Below are positions 18,757-28,816 of a DNA stretch of 64,000 bases, one piece after another. How positions within the stretch are numbered: position 1 is the stretch's first letter; each line of letters begins with the position of its first letter. The notes below the pieces were generated by a model, which was not told the origin of the DNA, made no database searches, and worked only from the letters and a program-made list of their open reading frames with translations. Made by a program: the position numbers and the translations under genes. The stretch covers positions 70,417 through 134,416 of the forward strand of contig CALWOU010000002.1 in the NCBI GenBank assembly GCA_944383245.1, given 5' to 3'. Origin of the DNA: an uncultured Clostridia bacterium (GTDB taxonomy: Bacteria > Bacillota > Clostridia > Christensenellales > UBA1242).

Positions 18757-19713
18757 ATGGAAAACTATTTTCAATCCAATTTAAAAAAATTAACCAAACT
18801 ATATAGCCAACGTCATTTAGCGGAAGTAACGGGATGTTCGCAGTCCAGCATTAACAATTATTTAACTAAAACGAATGAACCTTCTATGCAGTTTTTGATT
18901 GCTCTCAATCGTGAATTTGGAATTTCGATTGATGATTTTTTGTTTAAGGATCTTGATTTTAATCCAAAAACTAATTTAGATAAATATGTTGGCAATTATA
19001 TTGTGTATTATTACAACAATAATTCATACAAAGGCGAAGTTCACACTAATTTGCAAAACACATTAAATTATGGAGTTATAAGTGTTTGTAAGGAAAAATA
19101 TAATTATCGCACATTCGGCACATTTTTTAAAAATAAAGAAGAGGCAATTAAATTGTTGAAGGTAGTAAATAGTTGTGAAAATACCTCTGATATTGTGAAA
19201 AAACATAAAGAAATAAATAATTTTTATAACGGAAGCATTCACACATCAAATCAAAACATATTTGTCTATTTAGTAAATAGTGAAATAGAGGATGAATGTT
19301 TTATTATTTTAAACAATCCGCCAGCAAGCAGTAAATATATCGGCGGTCTTGGCACTATAAACACGGTCGCGCGCGGTAGAGAACACAATCCTTGCGTGCA
19401 ATTTTTGATAATGTCTAAAAAACTAATTGATAAAGTAGACGGCGAAATTTATGACTGCCTCAAATTGGATTATTCAGTTATTAATTTGGACACACAAGTT
19501 AGCGATTTAATCGACCTATTTAAAAGAATGTATATAGAAGAAAATGAACTTAGCAAAAATTTAAACGAATCGCAAAAGCAAGCGGTTATTGAAAATAATA
19601 TCAAATTTTTCTTTTCAGAAATAGTTGAAGCGAATATGTTTAGGTTTGCAAAAGTGTCTAACCGAGAGGATGATTCTATTTACCGCGTATTAAAGGAGGG
19701 AATAGATGTTTAA
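18757..19713 (+). CDS. XRE-family HTH protein with an uncharacterised C-terminal domain of about 250 aa
   Basis: Start moved to ATG 18757 (RBS AGGAGG). N-terminal LKKLTKLYSQRHLAEVTGCSQSSINNYL is a Cro/C1-type HTH. The stop overlaps the next gene's start (ATGTTTAA). Confidence 0.6.
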   Translation: MENYFQSNLKKLTKLYSQRHLAEVTGCSQSSINNYLTKTNEPSMQFLIALNREFGISIDDFLFKDLDFNPKTNLDKYVGNYIVYYYNNNSYKGEVHTNLQNTLNYGVISVCKEKYNYRTFGTFFKNKEEAIKLLKVVNSCENTSDIVKKHKEINNFYNGSIHTSNQNIFVYLVNSEIEDECFIILNNPPASSKYIGGLGTINTVARGREHNPCVQFLIMSKKLIDKVDGEIYDCLKLDYSVINLDTQVSDLIDLFKRMYIEENELSKNLNESQKQAVIENNIKFFFSEIVEANMFRFAKVSNREDDSIYRVLKEGIDV

Positions 19714-21142
19714 GGAGGTTGATGAAAGATTTAACACTTTAAAATCTATCCTAAAATCTAATAATGTTGACACAACTATTGTAGAACGTGCATACAACTT
19801 TGCAGATGCTTGCCACAACGGTCAAAAAAGAAAGGATGGCACTCCATACATTTCTCACCCTGTGGAAGTTGCTATAATTTTGGCTGATCTTAATATGGAT
19901 TCGTATGTGGTGTGCGCGGCACTTTTGCACGATGTTGTTGAAGATTGTGGAATAAGTGTGAAAGAAATTGAAGATAAATTCAATTCAAATATCGCTTCTT
20001 TGGTTGACGTTGTAAGTGCGATAGATTTAAAATCTTATGTTTACGATGAGTCAGATATTTTTGAAGATATTAATTTTATAAAGTTTTCGCAGGATGAACA
20101 AAGTTTTAAAAAACTTTTATCTATTGGAAAGAAAAATCCGCTTGGTCTTTGCATAAAGTTTGCAGATAGATTACACAATCTTAGAACAATCGGTGTTTTT
20201 GAAAAAAGTAAGCAACTCGAAAAAGTGAAAGAAACAGAGAGATGGATATTGCCTCTTGCAAAACTACTAAAAGCCGAATATTTTTATCGTGAAATTAAAA
20301 ATGAGTGTTTTAAAATAAGCAATCAAAATGATTACGGCTATCTATCTCAATACAAATTTTATCACAACGCAAACAAAGAAAATTTCCAAAATATTTTAAC
20401 AATGTTTAAAGAGAATTTATCAACAACTTCATTTAAATATGTGGAAGGATATGATATTAAAGAGTATAAAGTTTTTAATCAGTTAAAAGAAAAGTTTAAA
20501 AACATAAAGTTTGACCAAATCTCGCAAGGTCAAATAATGAAAGTTTCAAATTATAATATATATTTACTTTATGAAAACGTGAATTTAAAAACTGCGGTCA
20601 ATGAATTTTTTAGTTCATACAATAAGGGCATTAATCAATATTTAACTATTATCAATGCGCGAATTGGTAGATTTAACAATAAGTTTTATTTTGTTATGCA
20701 GGATAAACTAAAAAATATCTATTACGTGATGTTAATGGAGCGAACTTTTTATATCGGTCAAACTATTGGAACTCTGGAAGGTCAAGCGGACTTTATTGAT
20801 GAGGACGCGCACTATATTGTAACCGACTTTCTCCGTGTGCGAACGCGTTCGGGCGAAATTAGATATATGCCAAAAAATAGCACAGTGTTAGATTTTGCAT
20901 TCAAAATTCATAGAGATATTGGAATGGGCTTTAAATACGCAATTATAAATGGTGGAAAAACTCATTTCCCGCCATACACAAAATTAAACGAAAACGATAT
21001 GATAGAAATCGTTGTGAAAAGAAACGAATTTGGCGATATTTTGCCCACCGCTGAACTTAAATGGCTTGCTTATGTTCAAACTGATTTATCTAAGCAAGTT
21101 TTAATAAAATATTTTGAAAAAAAACAAGCAGGTAAAAAATAA
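19706..21142 (+). CDS. RelA/SpoT-homologue: HD (ppGpp hydrolase-type) domain plus TGS domain, with a degenerate synthetase region
   Basis: YISHPVEVA...LLHDVVED is an HD hydrolase signature. C-terminal RVRTRSGEIRYMPKNSTVLDFAFKIH...MIEIV is TGS-like. I could not find the synthetase motifs in between. No ACT/RRM domain (478 aa). Confidence 0.7.
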   Translation: MFKEVDERFNTLKSILKSNNVDTTIVERAYNFADACHNGQKRKDGTPYISHPVEVAIILADLNMDSYVVCAALLHDVVEDCGISVKEIEDKFNSNIASLVDVVSAIDLKSYVYDESDIFEDINFIKFSQDEQSFKKLLSIGKKNPLGLCIKFADRLHNLRTIGVFEKSKQLEKVKETERWILPLAKLLKAEYFYREIKNECFKISNQNDYGYLSQYKFYHNANKENFQNILTMFKENLSTTSFKYVEGYDIKEYKVFNQLKEKFKNIKFDQISQGQIMKVSNYNIYLLYENVNLKTAVNEFFSSYNKGINQYLTIINARIGRFNNKFYFVMQDKLKNIYYVMLMERTFYIGQTIGTLEGQADFIDEDAHYIVTDFLRVRTRSGEIRYMPKNSTVLDFAFKIHRDIGMGFKYAIINGGKTHFPPYTKLNENDMIEIVVKRNEFGDILPTAELKWLAYVQTDLSKQVLIKYFEKKQAGKK

Positions 21143-21168
21143 TCCAAACAATTTAGTTTGGATTTTTT
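21142..21168 (+). terminator. Rho-independent terminator
   Basis: ATCCAAAC / GTTTGGAT followed by a T-run. Confidence 0.7.
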
Positions 21169-21381
21169 AATTTAAAATAATTTTTTAAAAATTGCATTTT
21201 TTTATTTATTTTTAGTATTTTTTTGGAATTTTTATTAATTTTTAAATATTTTTTAAATTTTATAATTTTTAATGACTAATATTTTTTATTTTAAAATATT
21301 TAATGATTATTATTTTTTAATTTAAAACTTTGAAAAATTTTTAAAAGTTCTAATTAAATATGTGAATTAATACATTAAAAT

Positions 21382-24003
21382 ATGTATTATTTAAACAGCG
21401 AAAACGTAGTGAAAGAAATGAAGTCATCAATCAATGGACTAACTGAAAATGAAGCGCGAGAAAGATTGAAAAAGTATGGTAAAAATGAATTAATGCGCGA
21501 AAAAAAGCAGTCTTTGATAAAAAGGTTTTTTAAGCAGTTTTTAAATATTATGGTGGCGATTTTATTATTTTCTGCTTGCGTTAGCATTGCTGTTGCACTA
21601 ATTAATAAGGAATATTCAGACCTATTTGAAGGATTGGTGATTTTATTTATTGTTATTCTTAATGCAATTATTGGAGTGTATCAAGAAAATAAGGCGGAAG
21701 CGTGTTTAAACGACCTTCAAAAATATGAAAAAACAAATGTTAAAGTTGTCCGCTCAGGAGTCACTTTAAATGTCGATAGCAGTGAAATAGTTCCCGGAGA
21801 TATTGTTTTGCTAGAAGCGGGAAATGTTGTTATGGCAGATATTAGGCTTATTGAAACTAACAATTTTTCGTGCGATGAAAGTAGTTTAACGGGAGAGAGT
21901 GTGCCAAGTGATAAGCACGCAGAACTCATGTTAAATAAATCAACTCCACTTGCCGAGCGAAAAAATATGGCATTTTCAGGGTGTATGGTCACAAGTGGAA
22001 AGGCAACGGGAGTGGTTGTCTCAACAGGGCAAAACACAGAACTAGGCAAAATTGCAGATATTTTATTTAATTCTAAAAAAGAAGTCACGCCTCTTCAAAA
22101 ATCAATTGATAAAATTGGAAAAATTATCACGTGGACAGTGCTTGCAGTATCCCTAATAATTTTAATTGCCGAATTAGTTGCAGGTCACGGCGCTATGAAT
22201 GCGATAATGACGGCGGTAAGCCTTGCAGTTGCCGCTATTCCAGAAAGTTTGCCAGCGGTTATAACTATAATTCTTGCGTTAGGTGTTCAACAACTTGCCA
22301 AGCGAAGGTGTATAATAAAAAGGCTTCACGCGGTGGAAACTTTAGGTAGTTGTGAAATAATTTGCACTGATAAAACAGGCACATTAACATTAAATAAAAT
22401 GCAAGTTGTTGAAACATATTTAGACGATAGTTTTTCACTAAATTCGGGAAGCACATTTTATGAAATGCTAGATTGTATGAGGCTTTGTAACAACGCACAT
22501 TTTGAAAATTCAAAAATAGTTGGAGAGCCAACTGAAAGCGCACTTTTAGAGTTTGCAAATAAGTTTGAACTCAAAGTTAAACCAAAAATAATTCACGAAA
22601 TTCCGTTTAATTCAACTAGAAAAATTATGACGGTTGTAACCAACGACCACGAACTAAAAAGTTACACAAAAGGTGCGAGTGAAATTATAATAAATAGATG
22701 TAAATACATAAAAATAAAAGATAAAATCTATCCATTTTCTGAGAGTAAAAAGGCAGAAATTAAAAGGGTTATAGATAAAATGACCGACCGCGCTCTTCGT
22801 GTTATGGGGTTTTGCTACAAAACGTTTGATAACCTTAATGTGTCGGATGACCTCGAGCAGGATATGGTGTTTTTAGGTCTTGTTGGACTTATGGATAATC
22901 CGCGCCCAGAAGTGAAGGCTAGCATTGAAAAGTGTTTTAAGGCAGGACTAAAACCTATTATGATAACAGGAGACCACAAGCGAACAGCATATGCAATTGC
23001 AAGCGAACTAAAAATTGCTAATAGTATGTCGCAAGTTATCACGGGTGAAGAAATTGATAAATTATCTGATAGAGAACTAAGAAATGTTTGCTATAACTAC
23101 ACAGTCTACGCGCGCGTTAGCCCAGAGCATAAAGTGAGAATTGTGAAAGCGTTTAAAGGACTTAATAAAATTGTTGCGATGACGGGTGATGGTGTGAACG
23201 ATGCACCAAGTTTGAAGATTGCAGATATTGGCGTTGGAATGGGTAAGTCGGGCACAGATGTTGTTAAAAATGTTGCGGATATGGTTATAACGGATGACAA
23301 CTTTTCTTCTATTGTGGTTGCAGTTGAAGAGGGTAGAAAAGTTTATAGCAACATTCAAAAAGCACTCCAATTTTTAATTTCCACAAACTGTGTTGAAGTG
23401 TTTGGAATGTTGATTGCGCTGTTTTGTTTTCCTAAATACACATTTTTACTTCCAGCACAAATGCTTTTTATCAATCTTGTAACCGATAGTTTGCCTGCAT
23501 TCGCACTCGGTATGGAGAAGGTGGAACCGCAAGTTATGAATGCGCCACCTAGAAATAGCAAAGCGGGGTTATTTTCTGGTGTGGTCGGAATAGGAATAAT
23601 TTACCAATCTATTGTGCAGACATTGATTGTTATAATAGTGTTTATCGTTGGATTAAAGTTTTATTCTCCAGAGTCTGCAAGCACAATGGTGTTCTTCACA
23701 ATAATATTTATGCAATTATTACACAGCATAAATTGCAAAACTAATGATAGCATTTTTAAGAAAAATTTGTTTGATAATAAAACTTTCAACATTTGCTTTT
23801 TAATAACTCTTGCAATTAATTTACTCGTGGCGTGCGTTCCTCAAATGTACACATTGTTTGGACTAACCTTTTTAAATTTTAGTGAATGGATAATTGTTAT
23901 TATTGCATCAATTTTAATAATTCAATTTTATAAATTAATAAAAAAAATAATAAAATATAAAAAAAATAAAATAAAATTAAAAAAAAAAAGAAAAATAAAT
24001 TAA
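21382..24003 (+). CDS. P-type Ca2+-transporting ATPase (P2A/YloB-like)
   Basis: DKTGTLT phosphorylation site, TGES, MITGDH, TGDGVNDAP. 873 aa. The Lys-rich C-terminal tail reads into the A-tract spacer. Confidence 0.9.
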   Translation: MYYLNSENVVKEMKSSINGLTENEARERLKKYGKNELMREKKQSLIKRFFKQFLNIMVAILLFSACVSIAVALINKEYSDLFEGLVILFIVILNAIIGVYQENKAEACLNDLQKYEKTNVKVVRSGVTLNVDSSEIVPGDIVLLEAGNVVMADIRLIETNNFSCDESSLTGESVPSDKHAELMLNKSTPLAERKNMAFSGCMVTSGKATGVVVSTGQNTELGKIADILFNSKKEVTPLQKSIDKIGKIITWTVLAVSLIILIAELVAGHGAMNAIMTAVSLAVAAIPESLPAVITIILALGVQQLAKRRCIIKRLHAVETLGSCEIICTDKTGTLTLNKMQVVETYLDDSFSLNSGSTFYEMLDCMRLCNNAHFENSKIVGEPTESALLEFANKFELKVKPKIIHEIPFNSTRKIMTVVTNDHELKSYTKGASEIIINRCKYIKIKDKIYPFSESKKAEIKRVIDKMTDRALRVMGFCYKTFDNLNVSDDLEQDMVFLGLVGLMDNPRPEVKASIEKCFKAGLKPIMITGDHKRTAYAIASELKIANSMSQVITGEEIDKLSDRELRNVCYNYTVYARVSPEHKVRIVKAFKGLNKIVAMTGDGVNDAPSLKIADIGVGMGKSGTDVVKNVADMVITDDNFSSIVVAVEEGRKVYSNIQKALQFLISTNCVEVFGMLIALFCFPKYTFLLPAQMLFINLVTDSLPAFALGMEKVEPQVMNAPPRNSKAGLFSGVVGIGIIYQSIVQTLIVIIVFIVGLKFYSPESASTMVFFTIIFMQLLHSINCKTNDSIFKKNLFDNKTFNICFLITLAINLLVACVPQMYTLFGLTFLNFSEWIIVIIASILIIQFYKLIKKIIKYKKNKIKLKKKRKIN

Positions 24004-24410
24004 AAAATAAAAAAATATTAAAAAAATTTATAAAAAATATAAAAAATTAATGAAAAATTGCAAAAAATATCAAAATTATTAAAAATATCATAAAAAATTA
24101 TTATTTATTATAAAAAGATGATTAAATTAACAAAAAAACCTATATTTAGTATATTTTAATTAATTTAAAAATAAAAAATAATAAAAAAATGATTTTAGTT
24201 TATAAAATAATATAAAAAATAATAGAAAAACAAAAATATTTATATAAAAAAATGAAAAATCACATAAAAAAATAAATTTATTGAAAAATAGCAAAACGTT
24301 TAAATAAATTTAAATTTTTTTAAAAAATATTTGAATTATTAAAAAATTATTAAATTTAAAATTTTGAATAAATTACATTCTTTTGGAGATACTTATTTTA
24401 AGGAGGACAT

Positions 24411-24854
24411 ATGAGCGTTCAAAACAAAAGGATGTTGTCAACAATTGTGTATTACACTTTAGCAATTTTAGCATTCGCTTCTGCTGGATTTTTCATCTAT
24501 TGCTTAATTATTCGCGATGTTGTTATGTGGGCAAAAGTGATATACTTTATTTGGTCAGGTTTGGTTATAGGTGTTGTTATATTTGATATTTTATGCACTT
24601 CAACCGGAGAAGCAAAAACAGTTGCTGGGCTTATTATCTACATTCTTTCAGTGTTGGCAGTTATTATGAGTGTCATCTTATACTTCGCAAATGCCGGAGC
24701 AAACGGGCTTGCAACTGATTTCTTCAACATATTCTTATCAGTATCATTAATCTCGCTTATGACAACCGGTTATATGATAGCAACTTGGTGTGTAGGCGAA
24801 AGTCTAGTGGAACATAAAACTGCAGAAACCGAAATCGAAAACCGCACAAAATAA
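24411..24854 (+). CDS. Hypothetical 4-TM membrane protein
   Basis: 147-aa ORF with strong RBS AAGGAGG and four hydrophobic helices. Confidence 0.45.
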   Translation: MSVQNKRMLSTIVYYTLAILAFASAGFFIYCLIIRDVVMWAKVIYFIWSGLVIGVVIFDILCTSTGEAKTVAGLIIYILSVLAVIMSVILYFANAGANGLATDFFNIFLSVSLISLMTTGYMIATWCVGESLVEHKTAETEIENRTK

Positions 24855-24858
24855 AACA

Positions 24859-24922
24859 AAAAGAGTATTAATTGAAACTTCTGTAATTTGCAAAAGTTTT
24901 TTAAAATTAATACTCTTTTTTT
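24859..24922. terminator. Bidirectional terminator (long hairpin) between convergent genes
   Basis: AAGAGTATTAATT (24861-24873) / AATTAATACTCTT (24905-24917), flanked by A-run and T-run, with an inner AAACTT/AAGTTT stem. Confidence 0.7.
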
Positions 24923-24929
24923 AAAAATT

Positions 24930-27308
24930 TTAACTTCTTAAGGTTAGGCCGATTTCTGCCATATGCGAGATTAGGCGGTTAGAGAATTTTTCTATGTCGG
25001 TTGATTCCAACGTTTTATTTTTTGGTGTTACTATTACATTTATTGTGTAGCTAATTTTTCCGTTTAGAGATTCGTCGTTAGTGTAGATATCTTTTAGTGA
25101 GTGTTCAACAATATGGCTAGATTTAAATTCGTTTAATTTGTTTTCGATTGTTTGGTATGGCATTGATTTATCTGCTAGGAAATTATAGTCAATTGAAACT
25201 GATTGATATTTGCTAGTAGGAATAATTTTTACTGCGTCTTTATTAAGAGTTACTAATATTCTAACATCCAATTCAAGTATGGCAAAATTTTTTCTTTTAT
25301 CTACATTTTTCGCAATGCTAGGATGAAGAATTCCAAATTCGCCAATTATATTTTCGCCTTGCATGGTAGTGCAAGAATTGATAGGGTGGAAAAGTGGATT
25401 TTTAGTTGGTTTATCGTATGTCACACTCGCACCACACAAATTTTTAGCGATAAATTCAACCACTTGTTTAAGTTTAAAATACAATTCTTTTTCACTTTCA
25501 CTGCTAGACGCTAAAACGATTGCTAATTTTTTCTTTTCTTTAACTAAATTATTTTCGTCCAACTCATCAAACGTTCTTCCAATTTCAAAAATAGAAATAT
25601 CGTTAAATTTATTTTTATTTTCGTCTGCAATTTTAATTATTGAAGGCAATAAGTGTGAGCGAAGTCCGCCGTGACCGCTCTTTGATGCATCCATTAAATG
25701 AACGATGCTTTCTTCTTTAATTCCAACTGATTTGTTATAATTTTCATAATTCCATACGTAACTATGCACTTCATTAAAATTGAAAATGCTAGCAAGCGAA
25801 TATTTAATATCATATTCAAGAGTGTGCTCTGGAATTTGCTCAACAGGTTGAAGTGGCATACTCATTGTGGCACTTTTAATATTATCGTAACCATACATTC
25901 TAAATATTTCTTCGACCAAGTCTTCTTTGATTGTAACGTCTTTTGTACCCCTAAATGAAGGCACAACAACTTCCATGTCACCATTTTTAACATTAACCTT
26001 AAAACCAAGGCGAGTTAAAATATCTGAAATTTCATTTTCATTTAGTTTAACACCGCCACGGCGCGAGATAAAATCGGCATCTGTTTTAATAATATGAGTA
26101 GGGTAGTGATATTTGTAAACGTCGGTAAGACTTGAACTAACCACTATGCCATTATCTATATTTTTTAGTAAATAAACAAGCCTTTCAATTGCAATTGGGC
26201 ACATTTCAGGGTCAAGTGATTTTTCATATCTCAAACTTGCGTCTGTGATAAGCCCGATTTTCCTACTAGCGCGCCTAATTGTTGCACTATCAAAGCAAGC
26301 GCTTTCTAATAGCAAACTATCAGTTTTCTCGCTAATTCCACTCTTTAATCCGCCTTTAATACCAGCAATTGCAACCGGAACTTTTTGTTCGTCGCAAATA
26401 ACTATTGAACCTGGTTCTATGGTGTGGCTCGCGTGCTCTAAGGTTTCCATTTCAATGTTTTTGTCTGTTTCAATCACGGTTATGCCGTGCACAATTTTGC
26501 TATCAAACGCGTGCATTGGTTGGCCGAGTTCTAGCATTAAATAGTTTGTTATGTCGGCAAGAAGATTGATATCTCGCATACCGCAATAATTTAATTTGAT
26601 TTTCATACTTAGTGGCGAAATCTTTTTAGTTACGTTATCAACAGTTAGCCCACAATATCTAAAACAATTTGGCGTTTCAACCTTAATATTAAGTGGTTTT
26701 AAATTGTTATATTTAGTTAAATCAACGCGTTCAATTGGTTTTAATTCGCGCTTAAAAATTGCCGAAAATTCACGCGCAATTCCGTAATGACCCCACAAAT
26801 CAGGGCGATTGGTGAGTGATTTATTATCCACTTCAATTATCACGTCCTCAACAGGCAACACGTCTTTAATATTTGCACCAATAGGGAAACTATTATCTAG
26901 TTCAACAATGCCGGTTGTGTCCGTTTCAATTCCAAGTTCGTGACCGCCACAGCACATACCAAAACTTTCAACTCCTGCTAATTTTGCTGGTTTTATTTTC
27001 ATACCTTTAACTTGACCGCCAACGCGTGCAAAGAATGTTCGCATTCCAACTCTCACGTTTGGCGCACCGCACACAACTTGCACAGGTGAGCCTGTTCCGT
27101 CGTTTACTGTTAAAATGTGAAGGTGGTCGCTGTTTGGGTGGTCTTTCACTGTTAAAATTTCAGCAACAACCACATTTTCAATGTCTTTTCCAACATATTC
27201 CACACCTTCCACTTCAGCGGTGGACAAACCAAAACGTTTAACAAGTTCGTCAACCGAAATTCCGTCAAGATTAACAAATTCTTTTATCCAATTTAGAGAT
27301 ATTTTCAT
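24930..27308 (-). CDS. pheT: Phenylalanine--tRNA ligase beta subunit
   Basis: 792 aa. MKISLNWIKEF start. tRNA-binding, B3/4, B5 and FDX-ACB-like organisation. Immediately downstream of pheS. Confidence 0.95.
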   Translation of the reverse strand: MKISLNWIKEFVNLDGISVDELVKRFGLSTAEVEGVEYVGKDIENVVVAEILTVKDHPNSDHLHILTVNDGTGSPVQVVCGAPNVRVGMRTFFARVGGQVKGMKIKPAKLAGVESFGMCCGGHELGIETDTTGIVELDNSFPIGANIKDVLPVEDVIIEVDNKSLTNRPDLWGHYGIAREFSAIFKRELKPIERVDLTKYNNLKPLNIKVETPNCFRYCGLTVDNVTKKISPLSMKIKLNYCGMRDINLLADITNYLMLELGQPMHAFDSKIVHGITVIETDKNIEMETLEHASHTIEPGSIVICDEQKVPVAIAGIKGGLKSGISEKTDSLLLESACFDSATIRRASRKIGLITDASLRYEKSLDPEMCPIAIERLVYLLKNIDNGIVVSSSLTDVYKYHYPTHIIKTDADFISRRGGVKLNENEISDILTRLGFKVNVKNGDMEVVVPSFRGTKDVTIKEDLVEEIFRMYGYDNIKSATMSMPLQPVEQIPEHTLEYDIKYSLASIFNFNEVHSYVWNYENYNKSVGIKEESIVHLMDASKSGHGGLRSHLLPSIIKIADENKNKFNDISIFEIGRTFDELDENNLVKEKKKLAIVLASSSESEKELYFKLKQVVEFIAKNLCGASVTYDKPTKNPLFHPINSCTTMQGENIIGEFGILHPSIAKNVDKRKNFAILELDVRILVTLNKDAVKIIPTSKYQSVSIDYNFLADKSMPYQTIENKLNEFKSSHIVEHSLKDIYTNDESLNGKISYTINVIVTPKNKTLESTDIEKFSNRLISHMAEIGLTLRS

Positions 27309-27317
27309 ACTAACTCC

Positions 27318-28349
27318 TTACGCCTTCAACTTAAATTGCTTGAATAGTTTTAAATTTCCGCTGTTTAGTTCGCGAATGTCGTTAATGGCAAAACTTAACA
27401 TTGTCATTCTATCAAGTCCTAGTCCAAACGCACAACCGCTGTATTTTTCAGGGTCTATTCCGCCATTTTTTAACACTTCTGGATGAATCATTCCGCAAGG
27501 GCAGAGTTCAATCCAACCACCTTGTTTGCAAGTTGAGCAACCGTGACCGTCGCAGAACGGACACCTTACGTCCATTTCAAAACTAGGTTCAGTGAATGGG
27601 AAAAATCCAGGGCGCAAACGCACTTCAACTTCTTTTTTAAATATTTTAGAAAGCATTTCTTTCATAAAGTAGATAAGGTTGCCAACAGAAACGTCTTTAT
27701 CCACAATAACACCTTCAAGTTGGAAGAATGTGTTTTCGTGCCCTGCGTCTGTATCTTCATTTCTAAAGCAACGGCCTGGGAAAATAGCACGAATTGGTAG
27801 CGGATATTTTTTCAAAATTCTGTTTTGTGCAGCAGATGTGTGGGTTTTTAAAACTTGACCGTTATCTAGCCAGAATGTGTCCTGCATATCGCGCGCTGGA
27901 TGATTTTCAGGAACGTTTACGGCTGTGAAGTTGTTGTATTCAGTTTCAACTTCGTTTCCATCTTCCACAACAAAACCCATAGATTTAAACACTTCTTCAA
28001 TCTCGTGCTGAATTATAGTTCTAGGGTGCAAACTGCCTGTGCATTCCGCACTTGGAAGAGTAATGTCAATTTTTTCCGCACTATTTATTTGCTTTTCGAG
28101 TTCTAAGTTAGATAAAAATGTTTCTTTTGCAGAAATCATTTTTTCTGCGTCCAATTTAGCGTCATTTAGCATTTTTCCAACTTCGCCTTTTTTCTCATTT
28201 GGCACTTCTTTCATAAAACGGAACAATTCAGTGATTTTTCCCGATTTTCCGAGTAACTCCACGCGCAAATTCTGGCACTCCGCACTTGAATTGATTTTCT
28301 CCAACCTTTCACGTGCATAACTTAAAATTTCCTTAATTCTATCTTGCAT
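27318..28349 (-). CDS. pheS: Phenylalanine--tRNA ligase alpha subunit
   Basis: 343 aa. Class II motifs (FPGRCFRNE; GFFPFTEPS; GCAFGLGLDR). Confidence 0.95.
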   Translation of the reverse strand: MQDRIKEILSYARERLEKINSSAECQNLRVELLGKSGKITELFRFMKEVPNEKKGEVGKMLNDAKLDAEKMISAKETFLSNLELEKQINSAEKIDITLPSAECTGSLHPRTIIQHEIEEVFKSMGFVVEDGNEVETEYNNFTAVNVPENHPARDMQDTFWLDNGQVLKTHTSAAQNRILKKYPLPIRAIFPGRCFRNEDTDAGHENTFFQLEGVIVDKDVSVGNLIYFMKEMLSKIFKKEVEVRLRPGFFPFTEPSFEMDVRCPFCDGHGCSTCKQGGWIELCPCGMIHPEVLKNGGIDPEKYSGCAFGLGLDRMTMLSFAINDIRELNSGNLKLFKQFKLKA

Positions 28350-28384
28350 AAATTCTCCTTTAATCTTAACTGATAAACTATGAA

Positions 28385-28636
28385 AATAAAAAAATCCTAT
28401 TGAATTTCTTCAATAGGACGAATAGACTTCGTGGTACCACCCATGTTCACAATAACTTTTTGCAATAGTTATTGTCTCATTACATTTTCACAGTTTTGTC
28501 TGGCGCGGGTTCGCCCACGCAACTCAGGTGCTGAAATTCATATGGGCGCTGAACATAGTCACCTTCCAGCCGAGGGCAACTTCTCTATATGAAACGCACA
28601 CACTACTGCACACACCGTCATAGTTTTTATTAAGAT
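28385..28636 (-). promoter_or_regulatory. T-box leader (Phe specifier) with terminator
   Basis: All on the minus strand. UGAA-U-UUC-A specifier, with UUC at 28535-28533. T-box ATGGGTGGTACCACGAAG. Terminator TCCTATTGAA/TTCAATAGGA (28418-28395) followed by a T-run. Confidence 0.85.
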
Positions 28637-28641
28637 ATTTT

Positions 28642-28670
28642 ATTATATAACAACAATTTTAATTTGTCAA
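28642..28670 (-). promoter_or_regulatory. Consensus promoter of the pheST T-box leader
   Basis: Minus strand TTGACA (28670-28665), 17-nt spacer, TATAAT (28647-28642). Confidence 0.75.
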
Positions 28671-28722
28671 ACACTATTTTAAAATTAAAGTGCAATTTAT
28701 CGTGTTTTACTAAATGATAATA

Positions 28723-28765
28723 TAAATAGACTATGTTAAAATGAAAAACTAAATAGACTATGTTA
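28723..28765. repeat. 16-bp exact direct repeat (TAAATAGACTATGTTA x2, 27-bp period)
   Basis: Copies at 28723-28738 and 28750-28765, just upstream of the pheS promoter. Confidence 0.7.
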
Positions 28766-28816
28766 GAATAAAAACGCAATAAAAAAGCATAACCTAAGTT
28801 ACACTTTTAAAAAATA

